Assembly: GCF_006345805.1 (NCBI RefSeq)
Contig: NC_043002.1
Coordinates: 101,308,001-101,372,000 of the forward strand
Direction of reading: 5' to 3'
DNA length: 64,000 bases
From: Octopus sinensis
Lineage: Eukaryota
The position numbers and the translations under genes were made by a program. The notes under the pieces are model-generated. The model ran no database searches. It had not been told where the DNA came from and worked only from the letters and a program-made list of their open reading frames with translations. How positions within the stretch are numbered: position 1 is the first letter of the stretch; each line of letters begins with the position of its first letter. Shown here piece by piece: positions 27,650 through 40,010 of the stretch.

Positions 27650-27980
27650 GCTGCTGTGTGACCCAGCAGCAGCAGCAGCAACAGAGTACTCAGCAGTAGC
27701 AATGGGATGGGGTGGGCATAGCAGCAGTAATGGAGAATAGAGCAGCAGCAACGGAGGTACAACTGCAGCAATGGAGTACACAGCAGCAGAAAGGGAGGAC
27801 TTGACAGCAGCTATGGAAAACAAAGTAAAAGGAATGGGATATACAGCAGCAGCAACGGATGACACACTGCAGCAATGGAGTACACAGCAGCAGAAAGGGA
27901 GGACTTGACAGCAGCTATGGAGAACAAAGTAAAAGGAATGGGATATACAGCAGCAGCAACGGAGGACACGCTGCAGCACG
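27650..27980. repeat. CAG-rich minisatellite, 104-bp unit, about 2.3 copies
   Basis: atggagtacacagcagcagaaaggg occurs at 27771 and 27875. Confidence 0.9.
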
Positions 27981-28959
27981 TCTTATTCTCTTGTTATTCA
28001 CACAGACGACACAGGAATCTTTTAGTAGCATTAACAAATTTCAATGTTGCAGCAATGTCTTCTGTTATTCAATTACTACGCGTTTCTCCTATGTTCTCAG
28101 CGATGGTCTGTCTCGAATATTACACTCTTTTATTTTTGATAAATTAGTGTTTGCTTCCCTTCTCTATTTTCCGAGACATTTTACTAAAGTCATGTGATAG
28201 GCTCTGGTGGTCAGTTTTTTATAAGGAAAATAATGATTTACAACAGAATCTTGTCGGGATTAGCAATTGGAATTTTAAATCACAGAACCAAGAAGATGCT
28301 CAGAATATACACATTTCATTTTATTTTCTTTTGTATTTCTCATTAAAAAATGTCTTAAAATTTCTAGTCATAGGTTAACATGTATAGCGCCTTTTCATTC
28401 TTTCTTGAAGTCGTCAGCATGGCATAACGCAAAGCACACACACATTAAACTAAATTAAACATTTATTGAAGCAAGTCATTTCTTACAGAACTGAAAAATA
28501 TTTGCGGCTTACGAAGCACCTGCAGAGCGATTTTCTTTTATTTTTCCACCTTTGTCTTCATTGGTCGTCAATATTTGATGTTTAATAGTTCTCTACTGTT
28601 TTTGTTAAGTATAAAGTTAATCATTCACGATATGGTGAATCCAACAACAAACCAATAATACCCAACTTTTATTTGAGGCACTGAGCGTGGCCACTCTTGT
28701 GCCTTACATGACTCAGTGAGCCATTTAATATTTTAGACCCACTTTTTAAATATGTCTCTCTCAAGGCACCATTAATAAAAAAATGGATTGATGTTGTCAA
28801 CTTTGAACAGGGAATAAACTCAGATTTAAGTATTTGGCACAACTGGGTGCACATTCGACCTGTTGTGGCGATAGAATCAAATGGAAGATTCGCTGGCGTA
28901 ACCGACGGAGTACAGTAATTGAATATCTATATTAAATATTTATATTAACAACACGGATA

Positions 28960-29280
28960 TATATATCTTTTATTTTTTACTATTTTTCAGTCGTTACATT
29001 GTAGCCATGCTGAGACAACATCTTAAAGGAATTTGGTGGAACAAACCCACTCTACAATTATTCTTACACTAAACCTGGTATTTACTCTATCGGAGCGTTT
29101 GAAGAACTGCTAAGATACGAGGACATAAACAGGCCAACACCGGTTGTTAAGTTGTAGCGGAGGACAAACACAGTCTTTCTTTCACAAGGCTTTGGCCAAT
29201 ACGAGGCCACCCAGTCGGACTGAACCCGAAACCATGTGGTTGGGAAGCAAGCTTCTTAGTGCACAGCCATGGCTACGGTC
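28960..29280 (-). mobile_element. SINE family C
   Basis: gtagccatgctg...gaactgctaag...caaggctttgg...ggactgaacccgaaaccatgtggttgggaagcaagcttctt. Confidence 0.8.
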
Positions 29281-29636
29281 ATATATACATACATACATGC
29301 ATATATATATATATATATATATATATGTAAATGTAAAAAAAATACAAACTGGGACAAGAACGTGAAACATTTAGAAGACGATACAAAAAACACGGATCAG
29401 TCAAGAACCGGATCATCTTCGCAATTTCGGCTATGTATGGAAAAAAAAAGTAAAGGTAGAAATGTTAAAATAATTTTATAAAAAACATTTCACCACCGGT
29501 TTCAGTCAATGAGACTTTTTCAACTGTAAGTATGGAAAACAATTAAATTTTGGAAAAATTAAAAGAAGTTTTTAAAAGAATATTTGCATAGTATTCAAAT
29601 ACGAGGGCATTTACCTTGTTTCTGCCTGTCTCTGTG

Positions 29637-29681
<45 letters not shown>

Positions 29682-30092
29682 GAAAGAGAGAGAGAGAGAG
29701 AGGGGACGGGGGGAAAAAGAGACTCATTCAGATACATACACGTAAATGCATATAAAAACTATATAATTGCATGTAGAAATGTACATAATAAGTACATAAT
29801 TACCAAGCCTTGTGCGTGATGTGTGCACTTTATATATTTACATATTCGCACTCATACTATGTTTATGACAGACACACACATATACCTACATAAACACACA
29901 TTACTAAAAATACAACGGTGATTACATATGAAGCCCCCCCATCTCTCCCTCTCTCTCTTCTTCCCCTAATTGTTCCTTCACATCTTCTCCTTTGTCTTTC
30001 TCGTTTTTCATGCCCCTTTGTTTGTTCCTTCCTTCCTTCTTTCTGTCTTTCCTTCCTCCCCGCCTTCCTTCTTACATTTTTTTAAAGATGCG

Positions 30093-30189
<97 letters not shown>

Positions 30190-30215
30190 GTCTGTCTGCC
30201 TGCGTGCATGTCTGT

Positions 30216-30266
<51 letters not shown>

Positions 30267-31223
30267 GTCTGTCTGTCTATCTATATATCTATCTTTCTGT
30301 CCAACTCCCTTCCTCTCTCTATATATATATTTTATATGTATACATAACACACACACCACAACCACATATATTATAATATATATATATATATATAAACATA
30401 CACACGCACATATGCATATTATATATATATATATATATATATTTATAAATCCTAACATTAGTGTGTCTATACGAATTAACACATAACATATAAACCCATG
30501 ATGCACATACACCCTCCCCCCCACACACACGCACACGCAAACGCGCACACACACACACACACACATATACATTCACACTCACGTAGACACACATATACAC
30601 CTACACAGTCTGAGCCATAACGCAGAGAGATACACAGAAACGAGCTAATAACCTGCAAGTGAGGATTTTTTATATTTTTTTGCATCTCTTTATTTCAAAT
30701 CAAATTGTCCACTTGAACAAGTTGGAAGTTTTATAATTAGAGTCAGTAAATTGGAAAATATACAAGAGATGTGAGTACCCATATATGTATACCGTTCACA
30801 CATACACACTGTGGATATACATACATGCATACCTACATACATACATACATATATACATACATATATATACATATATATATATATATATGTATGTATATAT
30901 GTATCTCTCCTTTTCCTTGTCTCTCTTTCTCTCTCCTCTGTATATATAATATACATATATATGCATGCATGTATGTATATATATATATATATATAAGATC
31001 GGTTGTTATTTCGAGTGATAATAAAGTAAAAATTTAACGTTATGCACAATTACTCAACATTTTTTATTTTATAGAGTACATTATATATTGATTATACTTT
31101 CACAAGAACTGTGGAGACTCTGACTTGGATTTTCAGTTTTCAAGCTTTCATTTGACAGTCTGGCAAAATCAAAAATTAGTAACCGAAATTCCGAAAAGAT
31201 TGTGAACCATGTTGTTAGCGTGT

Positions 31224-31300
<77 letters not shown>

Positions 31301-31303
31301 GTA

Positions 31304-31905
31304 CAGGGGTTGGACAAAATAATGGAGCCACCTAAAATTTCAAACAAATTTACTTTAATACGGGGTAGATCCGACTTTGGCAGTAATTACAGCTTGAATT
31401 CTATGAAGTATAGACTCTTAGAAAGTCTGAATTATTTCCAAGGGAATATTTGTCCGTTCTTCAGTTAAAAAGTCTCCAGTTTTTGTAGTGATGATGGTGG
31501 AGGATATCGATCCCTTACTTGTTTTTTCTGAAATGCACCATAAATGTTCAATAATATTGAGATCTGGGGACTGTAGTGGCCAGATATGATGTCCACCTTC
31601 ACTAGAATGTTCCTCATGCCATTCAGTAACAATTTTAGCTGTGTGAATCGGTGTATTATCTTCCTGAAAGACTGCGTTTCCCTCCGGAAACAGTTCCGCA
31701 ACCAAAGGACGAATTTGATCAGATAAAATGCTTAAATAGTCTTGACTATTAATTCTGACATGAAGGGAAACCATTGGGCCAGCAGATTTCCAAGATATAG
31801 CCCCCTCCCCGCACCGATCATCACAGATCCTTCTCCATGTTTAACAGTTGGAAGAAGGTAATCTGGGTCAAATGTTTCTTTTGGCTGTTTCCACATGTTA
31901 CTCGG
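31304..31905 (-). mobile_element. Tc1-family transposon remnant (3' half and one TIR)
   Basis: PTVKHGEGSVMI, VFQEDNTPIHTAK and WPLQSPDLNIIEHLW (DD34E region). TIR ta|caggggttggacaaaataatgg. Confidence 0.9.
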
Positions 31906-32209
31906 TAGCAACAATTAACAGTTAGGAGTTGATTATTGCTAGTGAATGGTCATAGTTTAATTATAGTTAAAATAACATTTACAGCATTTTCAGTTTGTAA
32001 TTTTTGAGGTAACCTTGCATTTATGTCGTTCAATGTGACAAACATTGTCAGAATCATTTGAACTTTATCAGAGGAATATTGACAGGAGAGCGAAGGTTAA
32101 CAGAAGAAAAAAGAAGAAAGGAAAAGAAAAGGAAAAATGTTCGTTTTACACACCCACACACATATGAATATACACGCATTCTCACTCACACACACACACA
32201 CCACACACA

Positions 32210-32260
<51 letters not shown>

Positions 32261-32281
32261 CAATACATACACACACACACA

Positions 32282-32313
<32 letters not shown>

Positions 32314-32734
32314 CATACATACACACACACATATATATATAACTATATATATATTATAACTATATATATATATATATAACTATATATATATATATATAAT
32401 ATATATATATAGATATATATATAGAATATATATATATATATATATACACACTTACGCGCACAAACCCTTATACATACAAACACTAATACTGAACTGTGAA
32501 AATGAGACCTCAAGACTACATTGATGGATAAATATTCTTTGTGTGTGGATTAACAACTCTACCATTGTTTTCACATGCCGAGACTTCTCGGCAGTTATCA
32601 TGAGACGAAAGTAATGGTCTCCATTTTGTATGTACGAATGTATGTCGTTATTCACTTTTATTTTAAGATTTTTTGCTAATAGAGAAAGATCCGGTTTCTA
32701 ACCTAGATCCATAGATCCGTCAACAGAATTTTTT

Positions 32735-33480
32735 TTGTATGTATGTATGTATGTATGTATGTATGTATGTATGTATGTATGTATGTATGTATGTATGTAT
32801 GTATGTATGCATGTATGTATGTATGTATGTATGTATGTATGTATGTATGTATGTAGATATGTATGTATGTATGTATATACGTAGATTTGTATGTTTGGTT
32901 TTATGTATGTCTTCTTATGCATATAGTTGCGAATCTAAACATACTCATATACATTTAAATAATAAACCTATTTTTACAATCTTTACAGTCCCAGTGATGG
33001 ATTGGATCTGTCGGGTGTTGAGAAGCTTAATTTCTCAAGATTGATACTAAGGCAGTGTGTTACATATCTCAATGCCCCAATGAAACAGGTATAAACTTGA
33101 ATTTGTAATCTGGATAGATTAACTCTAGATTTCTAAATAGTTCAGCGTAGATATTTTCTGTTTTGCTTAACTCTAACTTCATGTTAACATCCGCTGGGCA
33201 GCTGATTTCTACCACCGTACACAGTTTCACTTCTCAATCCAAAGTCACTATGTCAGGTCTATTATATTTATATTTTATTCAGTTTTTCACTTTGCCATTC
33301 CACAAGCACTTTTTTCTTTATTATGGGTGGATATGGCTTCTACCATACAGTGGGTTTCTGTGGCCAATAAAGAAACTTATTTCTTTTACCTCGGTGTTAT
33401 CCCTGCAACGGATCTCATTATACACTGTCCTAACTACAACATCATGATGGAGAGGTCACGAACCCAAGAGAGGCTTCGCT
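32735..33480 (-). mobile_element. 3' end of an RLE-type non-LTR retrotransposon with (CATA)n tail
   Basis: HHDVVVRTVYNEI...YNRPDIVTLD..KLCTVVEISCPADVN...IYAELFRNLELIYPDYKFKF...GAL...SITGTVKIVK, then a 3' UTR, then (TATG)n at 32735-32880. Confidence 0.8.
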
Positions 33481-33971
33481 TCATGTCAATTTTACTATCT
33501 TCTTGAAATCTTCGAGAAACACTCCTGTGCATGTTGTTCTCTATGGTGTATGCATGTATGCATATATAAATTCAGATTTGTATGTTTTGTTTTATGTATA
33601 TCTTCTCATGAATATACGTGTATATCCAAACTTGATCATGTATGCTTAAATGATAAACTTATAGAAAAGTGTACAGAATTTTATGTATGTTTGTATGTAT
33701 GTATTTATATGCTTTTAGGCATATGTATTGTTTTATAAACAAGCACACATACAAATGTATTTGTTTCTTTGTTTTTGTGTCAATATAGTACATTTTAAAA
33801 ACATATTTCCATTTCCAGTGTTAAATGCATGAAGAACACACGGAGACATATTTAGACACGTATGTATACAAACGGACTTATACATGCATTTATATATTTA
33901 TATAATCACACATACACAGACCAACACAGATATACAAGGAATGCTGAATTCGAAGATGCAAGAGAAAAAGG

Positions 33972-34021
<50 letters not shown>

Positions 34022-34253
34022 AGTAGGTAGGGAGAGAAAGGGCGAGACAGAAAGGAGGAATGTGGGTGACGGAAGGAGAAGTAAAGTGTTTGGGAGAGAA
34101 AAGACCTAGAATAGAGTCTCTATGGTTCAAATTGAGAGACGGAAATATTAAAGAGTCAACTAAAGGGAGATAAATTAGGAAGCTAATTCAATAAGGGAAT
34201 TTGTATATATATGCATGTATATATATGCATATGCATGTATGTGTTTATCTGTG

Positions 34254-34287
<34 letters not shown>

Positions 34288-34388
34288 AGAGAGAGAGAGA
34301 GAGAGAGGATACACACACATATATATATATAAACATATCTACATATATTCACATAGGTACACACCACACACACAACACACACACACAT

Positions 34389-34436
<48 letters not shown>

Positions 34437-35749
34437 TATATATATATATCTTTACATACACACAAACACACAGACACATATATATTAGATATACACAAGG
34501 AGAAAGAACCACTAAATACAAATATATGAGACAATGTTTAAATGATGATAAATTCGTTGGTAGAAAAGAGCCAGAGGGAGAAAGAGAGGGGGAGAGAAAA
34601 AATAGAGAGAGAAAGGGCAGAGATGGGAGAGAGAAAGAGAAGAAAAGGGAGAATGAAATAAAAAAAAAGACAAAATTAAGACGACGATGACGGGGAACAC
34701 AACTAAGAAGAAGAACAAGAACAAGAACAAGAACAAGAACAAGAAGAACAAGAAGAAGAACAAGAAGAAGAACAAGAAGAACAAGAAGAAGAAGAAGAAG
34801 AAGAAGAAGAAGAAGGAGAAGACCAACAACAATAACAACAACAACAACAGCAAGAACACAACAATAAAGGTTGACGAAGACGAAGAAAAATGTGCAAAAT
34901 GGCGTCGAAATAAAGAGAATTAGTTATGGCTGGAGGGTGGTTATATGTCGGTAGGTTTATGAAGGGCGCCAAGAGCCTCGAATTAGTGCATCAATGAAGG
35001 ACGATGGGCATTTGTTGTTAACGAGCTGACAATCTTATCTCTCAGCTGCTTCAACTTTCACTAACAATCACTAAATCACATTGACTTTCCTTAACAATCC
35101 ACTTAGGGAGATTTCTTTTTGCTTTCATTATTTACTTTTAAAAGAAAGAACTAGTTTATAAAAAAATGCCTTTTGTTTTAGTTTATTATTTATTTTTTTT
35201 TTTGAATTAGATAACGAGGAAAGAGGCGAGAAAGAGAATAAAGACGGATTGGGAGGAGGAGGATGAGGGGGAGGAGAAAGCAGTAAGAAAAGGAAAGAAC
35301 TAGAACGAAAATTGATGAGAGAGATAAACATCGAGTTTTATATAAACGTAAATATCCATACACCTATATACTCATACATGCAGCTGTGTGTGTGTCCCTA
35401 TGTATCCATGGGTGTGTGTTTGTGTGTGCGTGTGTGTGTGCGTGTGTGTGTGTGTGTTTGTGTGTATTTGCGCGTGTGTTGTGCTTAGCACACATGACTG
35501 TGTGGTTAAAACAATCATTTCGGAGTTACGTGTTTCTGAGTTCGATCCCACGAAGCCACCAGATAAGGAAGTGTTTTCTAACATATCCTGGGATCGACCA
35601 ATATCTCGAGAAGAGAAATTGATAGAAATTATACAGAAGTCTTCCACTCTTTCATTCCAAGGAGATTTTCAAGATCAATATGTTCATGCTATTATTTATA
35701 GCTTTGTCTACTTCAAGATCCATCTGTTTCACGCTTCTCCTTGTTTTTG

Positions 35750-36165
35750 AATCTTTTTGACTTAGTGTTTCTTATCTGTTACTTGTTTCACTCATCTGAC
35801 TGCGGCCATGCTGGTGTGCTACTTTGAAGGGTTTTAGTTGAACAAATCGACTGAAGGACTCATTTTCTAGACCTAGTACTTATTCTATATTACCTGTTGG
35901 CGAACCGCTATGTTATGGGGATCTAAACACACCAACATCAGTTGTCAAGCGATGGTGGGGACAAACACAGATACAAAGACACACACGTAGATATACATAT
36001 ATTTATATTTACGATGGGCTTCATTCAGTTTCCCTCTACCAAATCCACTCTGGATGCTTTGGTTGAACCGAGGCTATGGTAGAAGACACTTGCCCAATGT
36101 GCCACGCAGTGGGACTGAATCCGGAACCATGTGGTTGGGAAGAAAGCTTCTTACCATACTGTCAC
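35750..36165 (-). mobile_element. SINE family C
   Basis: gactgcggccatgctgg...gaaccgcta...cgatgggcttc...gtgggactgaatccggaaccatgtggttggg. Confidence 0.85.
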
Positions 36166-36168
36166 ACC

Positions 36169-36215
<47 letters not shown>

Positions 36216-36859
36216 CTAAAAGAAATACATATGGATATTTTTGTTTAACTGCCAAGGACACTGAGCATGTCCGCATCCATTGTGTTTCTGTTTCACCTTC
36301 CTGCATTTCCGTATGGTTTTTTCTGTTCCTTGTGCCAGAATTTAATATATATACTCATCCAATAAATTTAATGTTATGAAAGTAGAAAGAGGCGAGAGAG
36401 TTTATAATTAGATTCTCAATATTGTAAACTGCGAAATGAAATAAATAGTGAAGCTTAACAAATTCAAGAATGTGTTTTCTTTCAGCTTCGTTTCACAAAG
36501 AAAAAAAAATACTGAGAAAAAAAAGATAGAATTTTCTGAATTACAGAGAAATGCACCGAAATCCACGTTTCGGTTTTGTGCATGAAGAAACAGTAGAATT
36601 ATAATTGGTTAGGTGGTGTTAGAGCTGTTAACTTTGCATCGTGCGTTCCATTCTCGGACCGTTCATTTGAGGAAGGAATTTCATTTCATGTAACGTTTAT
36701 TCATTCGAAAATGAGTTCCAGCTGCAGCTCGGAGATTAATTCTACAATTCACTTATGGCCTGTTCAGAGCTTAGTCTTGTACATATAGAAACAGCAAGCA
36801 ACTCCAGTTTAATCTGCCTTTAGTTGCGATATAACTCTCATTCATTTTAGATCGAACTA

Positions 36860-37210
36860 ATAGGCGGCAACCTGGTAGAACCGTTTGAGCGTGGGAGAAA
36901 ATGTTTAGCAGTATTTCTTCACGATTTATATTTTCAGTTTAAATTCCACCAAAGTTGCCTGTGCCTTTCAATCTTTCGAGTTCGAAAACATTAGTAACAG
37001 CTGAGCATTGGAGATCGATCTAATCGACAATTGACAAAATTTCGAGGCTTGCGCCTTTAGTAGAAGGGAAGTTTAGCAAAGTCGTTATGGCGTTGAAACA
37101 AATCCTTGCAGCATTCATTCCGGCTCTTCTGCGTTCAAACCTCACCGAGGCCAACTTTGCCTTTCATTCTATCGGGATCGATAAAATAGTTATCACCTGA
37201 ATATTGGGTT
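36860..37210 (+). mobile_element. Two diverged family A SINE pieces
   Basis: ggcggcaacctggtagaaccgtt...gcctttcaatctttcgagttcgaaaa, then gcctttcattctatcgggatcgataaaata. Confidence 0.65.
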
Positions 37211-37679
37211 CGATACTGAAAGAATCCCATTCTTGTAACAACTTTAGAAAAATGTTTCTTTACATATTGTCCTAAGTATTTGTTTGCTAAAACTTTTAAA
37301 CATGTGTGTGTGTGTGTGTATGTGTGTGTGTGTGTGTGTGTGCGTGTGTATGTGTGTGTGTGTGAGCAGTTGTAGATATGTTTGTCCTCTAGCACTGGAA
37401 CCGCTAGATATTGGCGTTGGTTTGTTTACCTAACTTAGCGGCTCAGTAAAGACACCGATTTAAGTAAATACGCGTCAATTTGTTCTACAAAAAACGCTTC
37501 AGGGCGATGCTCTAGAATGGCCGCAGTCCGATGAGGAAGCATGTAGAAAATGGAAGTTGAAGAAAAAAACCTACAGACAGACAGACAGATTAAATGTTCA
37601 AGATCGACACAAACATATAAATAGAATCGGTTTCTTGCGACATTGAACGAGAAATAAATTGATTTCGGAGCCATTATGT

Positions 37680-37765
37680 GGCATGGAGTTGGCTTACAGC
37701 AACAATAACAATAACAAGATCACCACCACCATCATTATCATCATCGTCATCATCATCCTCATCAT

Positions 37766-37806
<41 letters not shown>

Positions 37807-37897
37807 GCAGCGGAAGTTGCAACTGCAGCGACGGTATCATCATGAAAGTACTCAACACTAATAGCAATATCAACACGATTAAGAACAACTACGACAA

Positions 37898-37943
<46 letters not shown>

Positions 37944-38082
37944 CATTATTATATTATTATTATTATTATTATTGTTGTTGTTGTTGTTGGTCATATTATT
38001 ATAAGTAATAACAATAATGATAACAATAATATTAATAACAATAACAATTATAATTATAATGATGATAATAATAATAATAATA

Positions 38083-38121
<39 letters not shown>

Positions 38122-38251
38122 TAATAATATATTAACAACAACAACAATAGCAACAACAACAATAATAATAATAATAATAATAATAGAGACAACAAAAGCT
38201 CTGGATGAAAAGTATAATTAATGATGATGGAAAAGGGAAAAGGAAAAGATA

Positions 38252-38284
<33 letters not shown>

Positions 38285-38562
38285 GTGATGATAATAAAGA
38301 CGATGAAGTGGATGGTGATGATGATGATGATGAAGCAGAAAATGTTGTTGAGGATGATGATGGTGATGATGGTGATAAAGGGGTTACTACTATCGCTGCT
38401 GCTGATGGTGGCGGTGAGGATGATAATAACGGTGGTGATGATGATGATGGCGATGATGAAAGCTATGTTGCTGTTGCTGCTGCTGCTGGTGTTGTTGGTA
38501 TTGCTGTTGTTGTTGTTGATGATGATGGTGGTGGTGGCGGTAGTGCTGTTGCTGGTGCTACA

Positions 38563-38596
<34 letters not shown>

Positions 38597-38663
38597 GTGG
38601 TGGGGTGGTGGTGGTGGTGGTGGTGGTGGTGGTGATGATGATGGTGGTGATGACGATGATGAC

Positions 38664-38732
<69 letters not shown>

Positions 38733-38851
38733 AGTGATGATGATGATGATAGTGATGATGATGATGCTGATGATGATGATGATGATTGATGATGATGATG
38801 ATGATAGTGATGATGATGATGAGATGATGATGATGATGATGATGATGATAG

Positions 38852-38903
<52 letters not shown>

Positions 38904-38927
38904 GTGGTGGTGGTGGTGTGGTGGTGG

Positions 38928-38959
<32 letters not shown>

Positions 38960-38983
38960 GTGGTGGTGGGTGGTGGTGGGTGG

Positions 38984-39038
<55 letters not shown>

Positions 39039-39050
39039 GGTGGTGATGAT

Positions 39051-39097
<47 letters not shown>

Positions 39098-39150
39098 GGT
39101 GGTGATGATGATGATGATGATGATAGTGATGATGATGATGATGATGAAAG
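37680..39150. repeat. 1.5-kb mosaic of trinucleotide repeats (ATC, AGC, ATT, AAT, AAC, GAT, GGT)
   Basis: Direct inspection. It is the source of the poly-M/D/I/H ORFs. Confidence 0.95.
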
Positions 39151-39299
39151 CTTAAAAAATGGAACAAACAGAATATTTATGTCAGAAAAATACTCGAGAT
39201 GGAATTAAGAAATGAAAGCTGACAATTGCAGACAATTGGAGATATTTTTGATCTGTCAGCGATAATAACTGACATTTGTCCATCTTGAACAAGGCCTGC

Positions 39300-39583
39300 A
39301 TGTGTGCGGGCGCCTGTGCGCGTGCGCGCGCGCGCGCGTGTGTGTGTTTGTGTGTGTGTATGTGTGTGTGTGTCAGAGTGTGTGTTTGTCTTACGTGGTC
39401 TGTCTGTGAAACACAGACACACAGGTATAGCTATTAATGTTTCATGTTGCTTCTTCGTTTCTATATGCTTGTATATGATTGTGTATGTACAAACACACAC
39501 ATATACATATATCTGTGTGTGCGTATCTGTATGTGTATGTGCTTTTATACATGAACATACATACATGCATTCATGTATATATA

Positions 39584-39670
<87 letters not shown>

Positions 39671-40010
39671 ATGCGTGTGCTTGTATGTGTGTGTGTACAT
39701 GTATACGTGTTTGTGTGTTTGTGTGTGTGTGTGTGTGTGTGCGTGTGCTTGTATTTGCGTGTGCTTGTATGTGTGTGTGTGTCTGATTGTATGTGTGTTT
39801 TTGTGTGCGTGTGTATTTGTGTGTACATGTATACGTGTTTGTGTGTTTGCGTGTGTGTGTGCGTATGCTTGTATGTGCGTGTGCTTGTATGTGTGTGTCT
39901 GATTGTATGTGTGTTGTTTTTGTGTGCGTGTGTATGTGTGTGTGTACATGTATACGTGTTTGTGTGCTTGTGTGTTGTGTGTGTGTGTGTGTGTGCTAGT
40001 ATAGTCTATT
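39300..40010. repeat. Degenerate (GT)n array with a higher-order ~110-130-bp periodicity
   Basis: tacatgtatacgtgtttgtgtg recurs at about 39697, 39824 and 39945. Confidence 0.85.

Noticed and set aside
28385-28425. CTGACGA...GAAA on the minus strand
   Set aside because: The stem II closing pair and stem III mismatch, and there is no valid NUH geometry.
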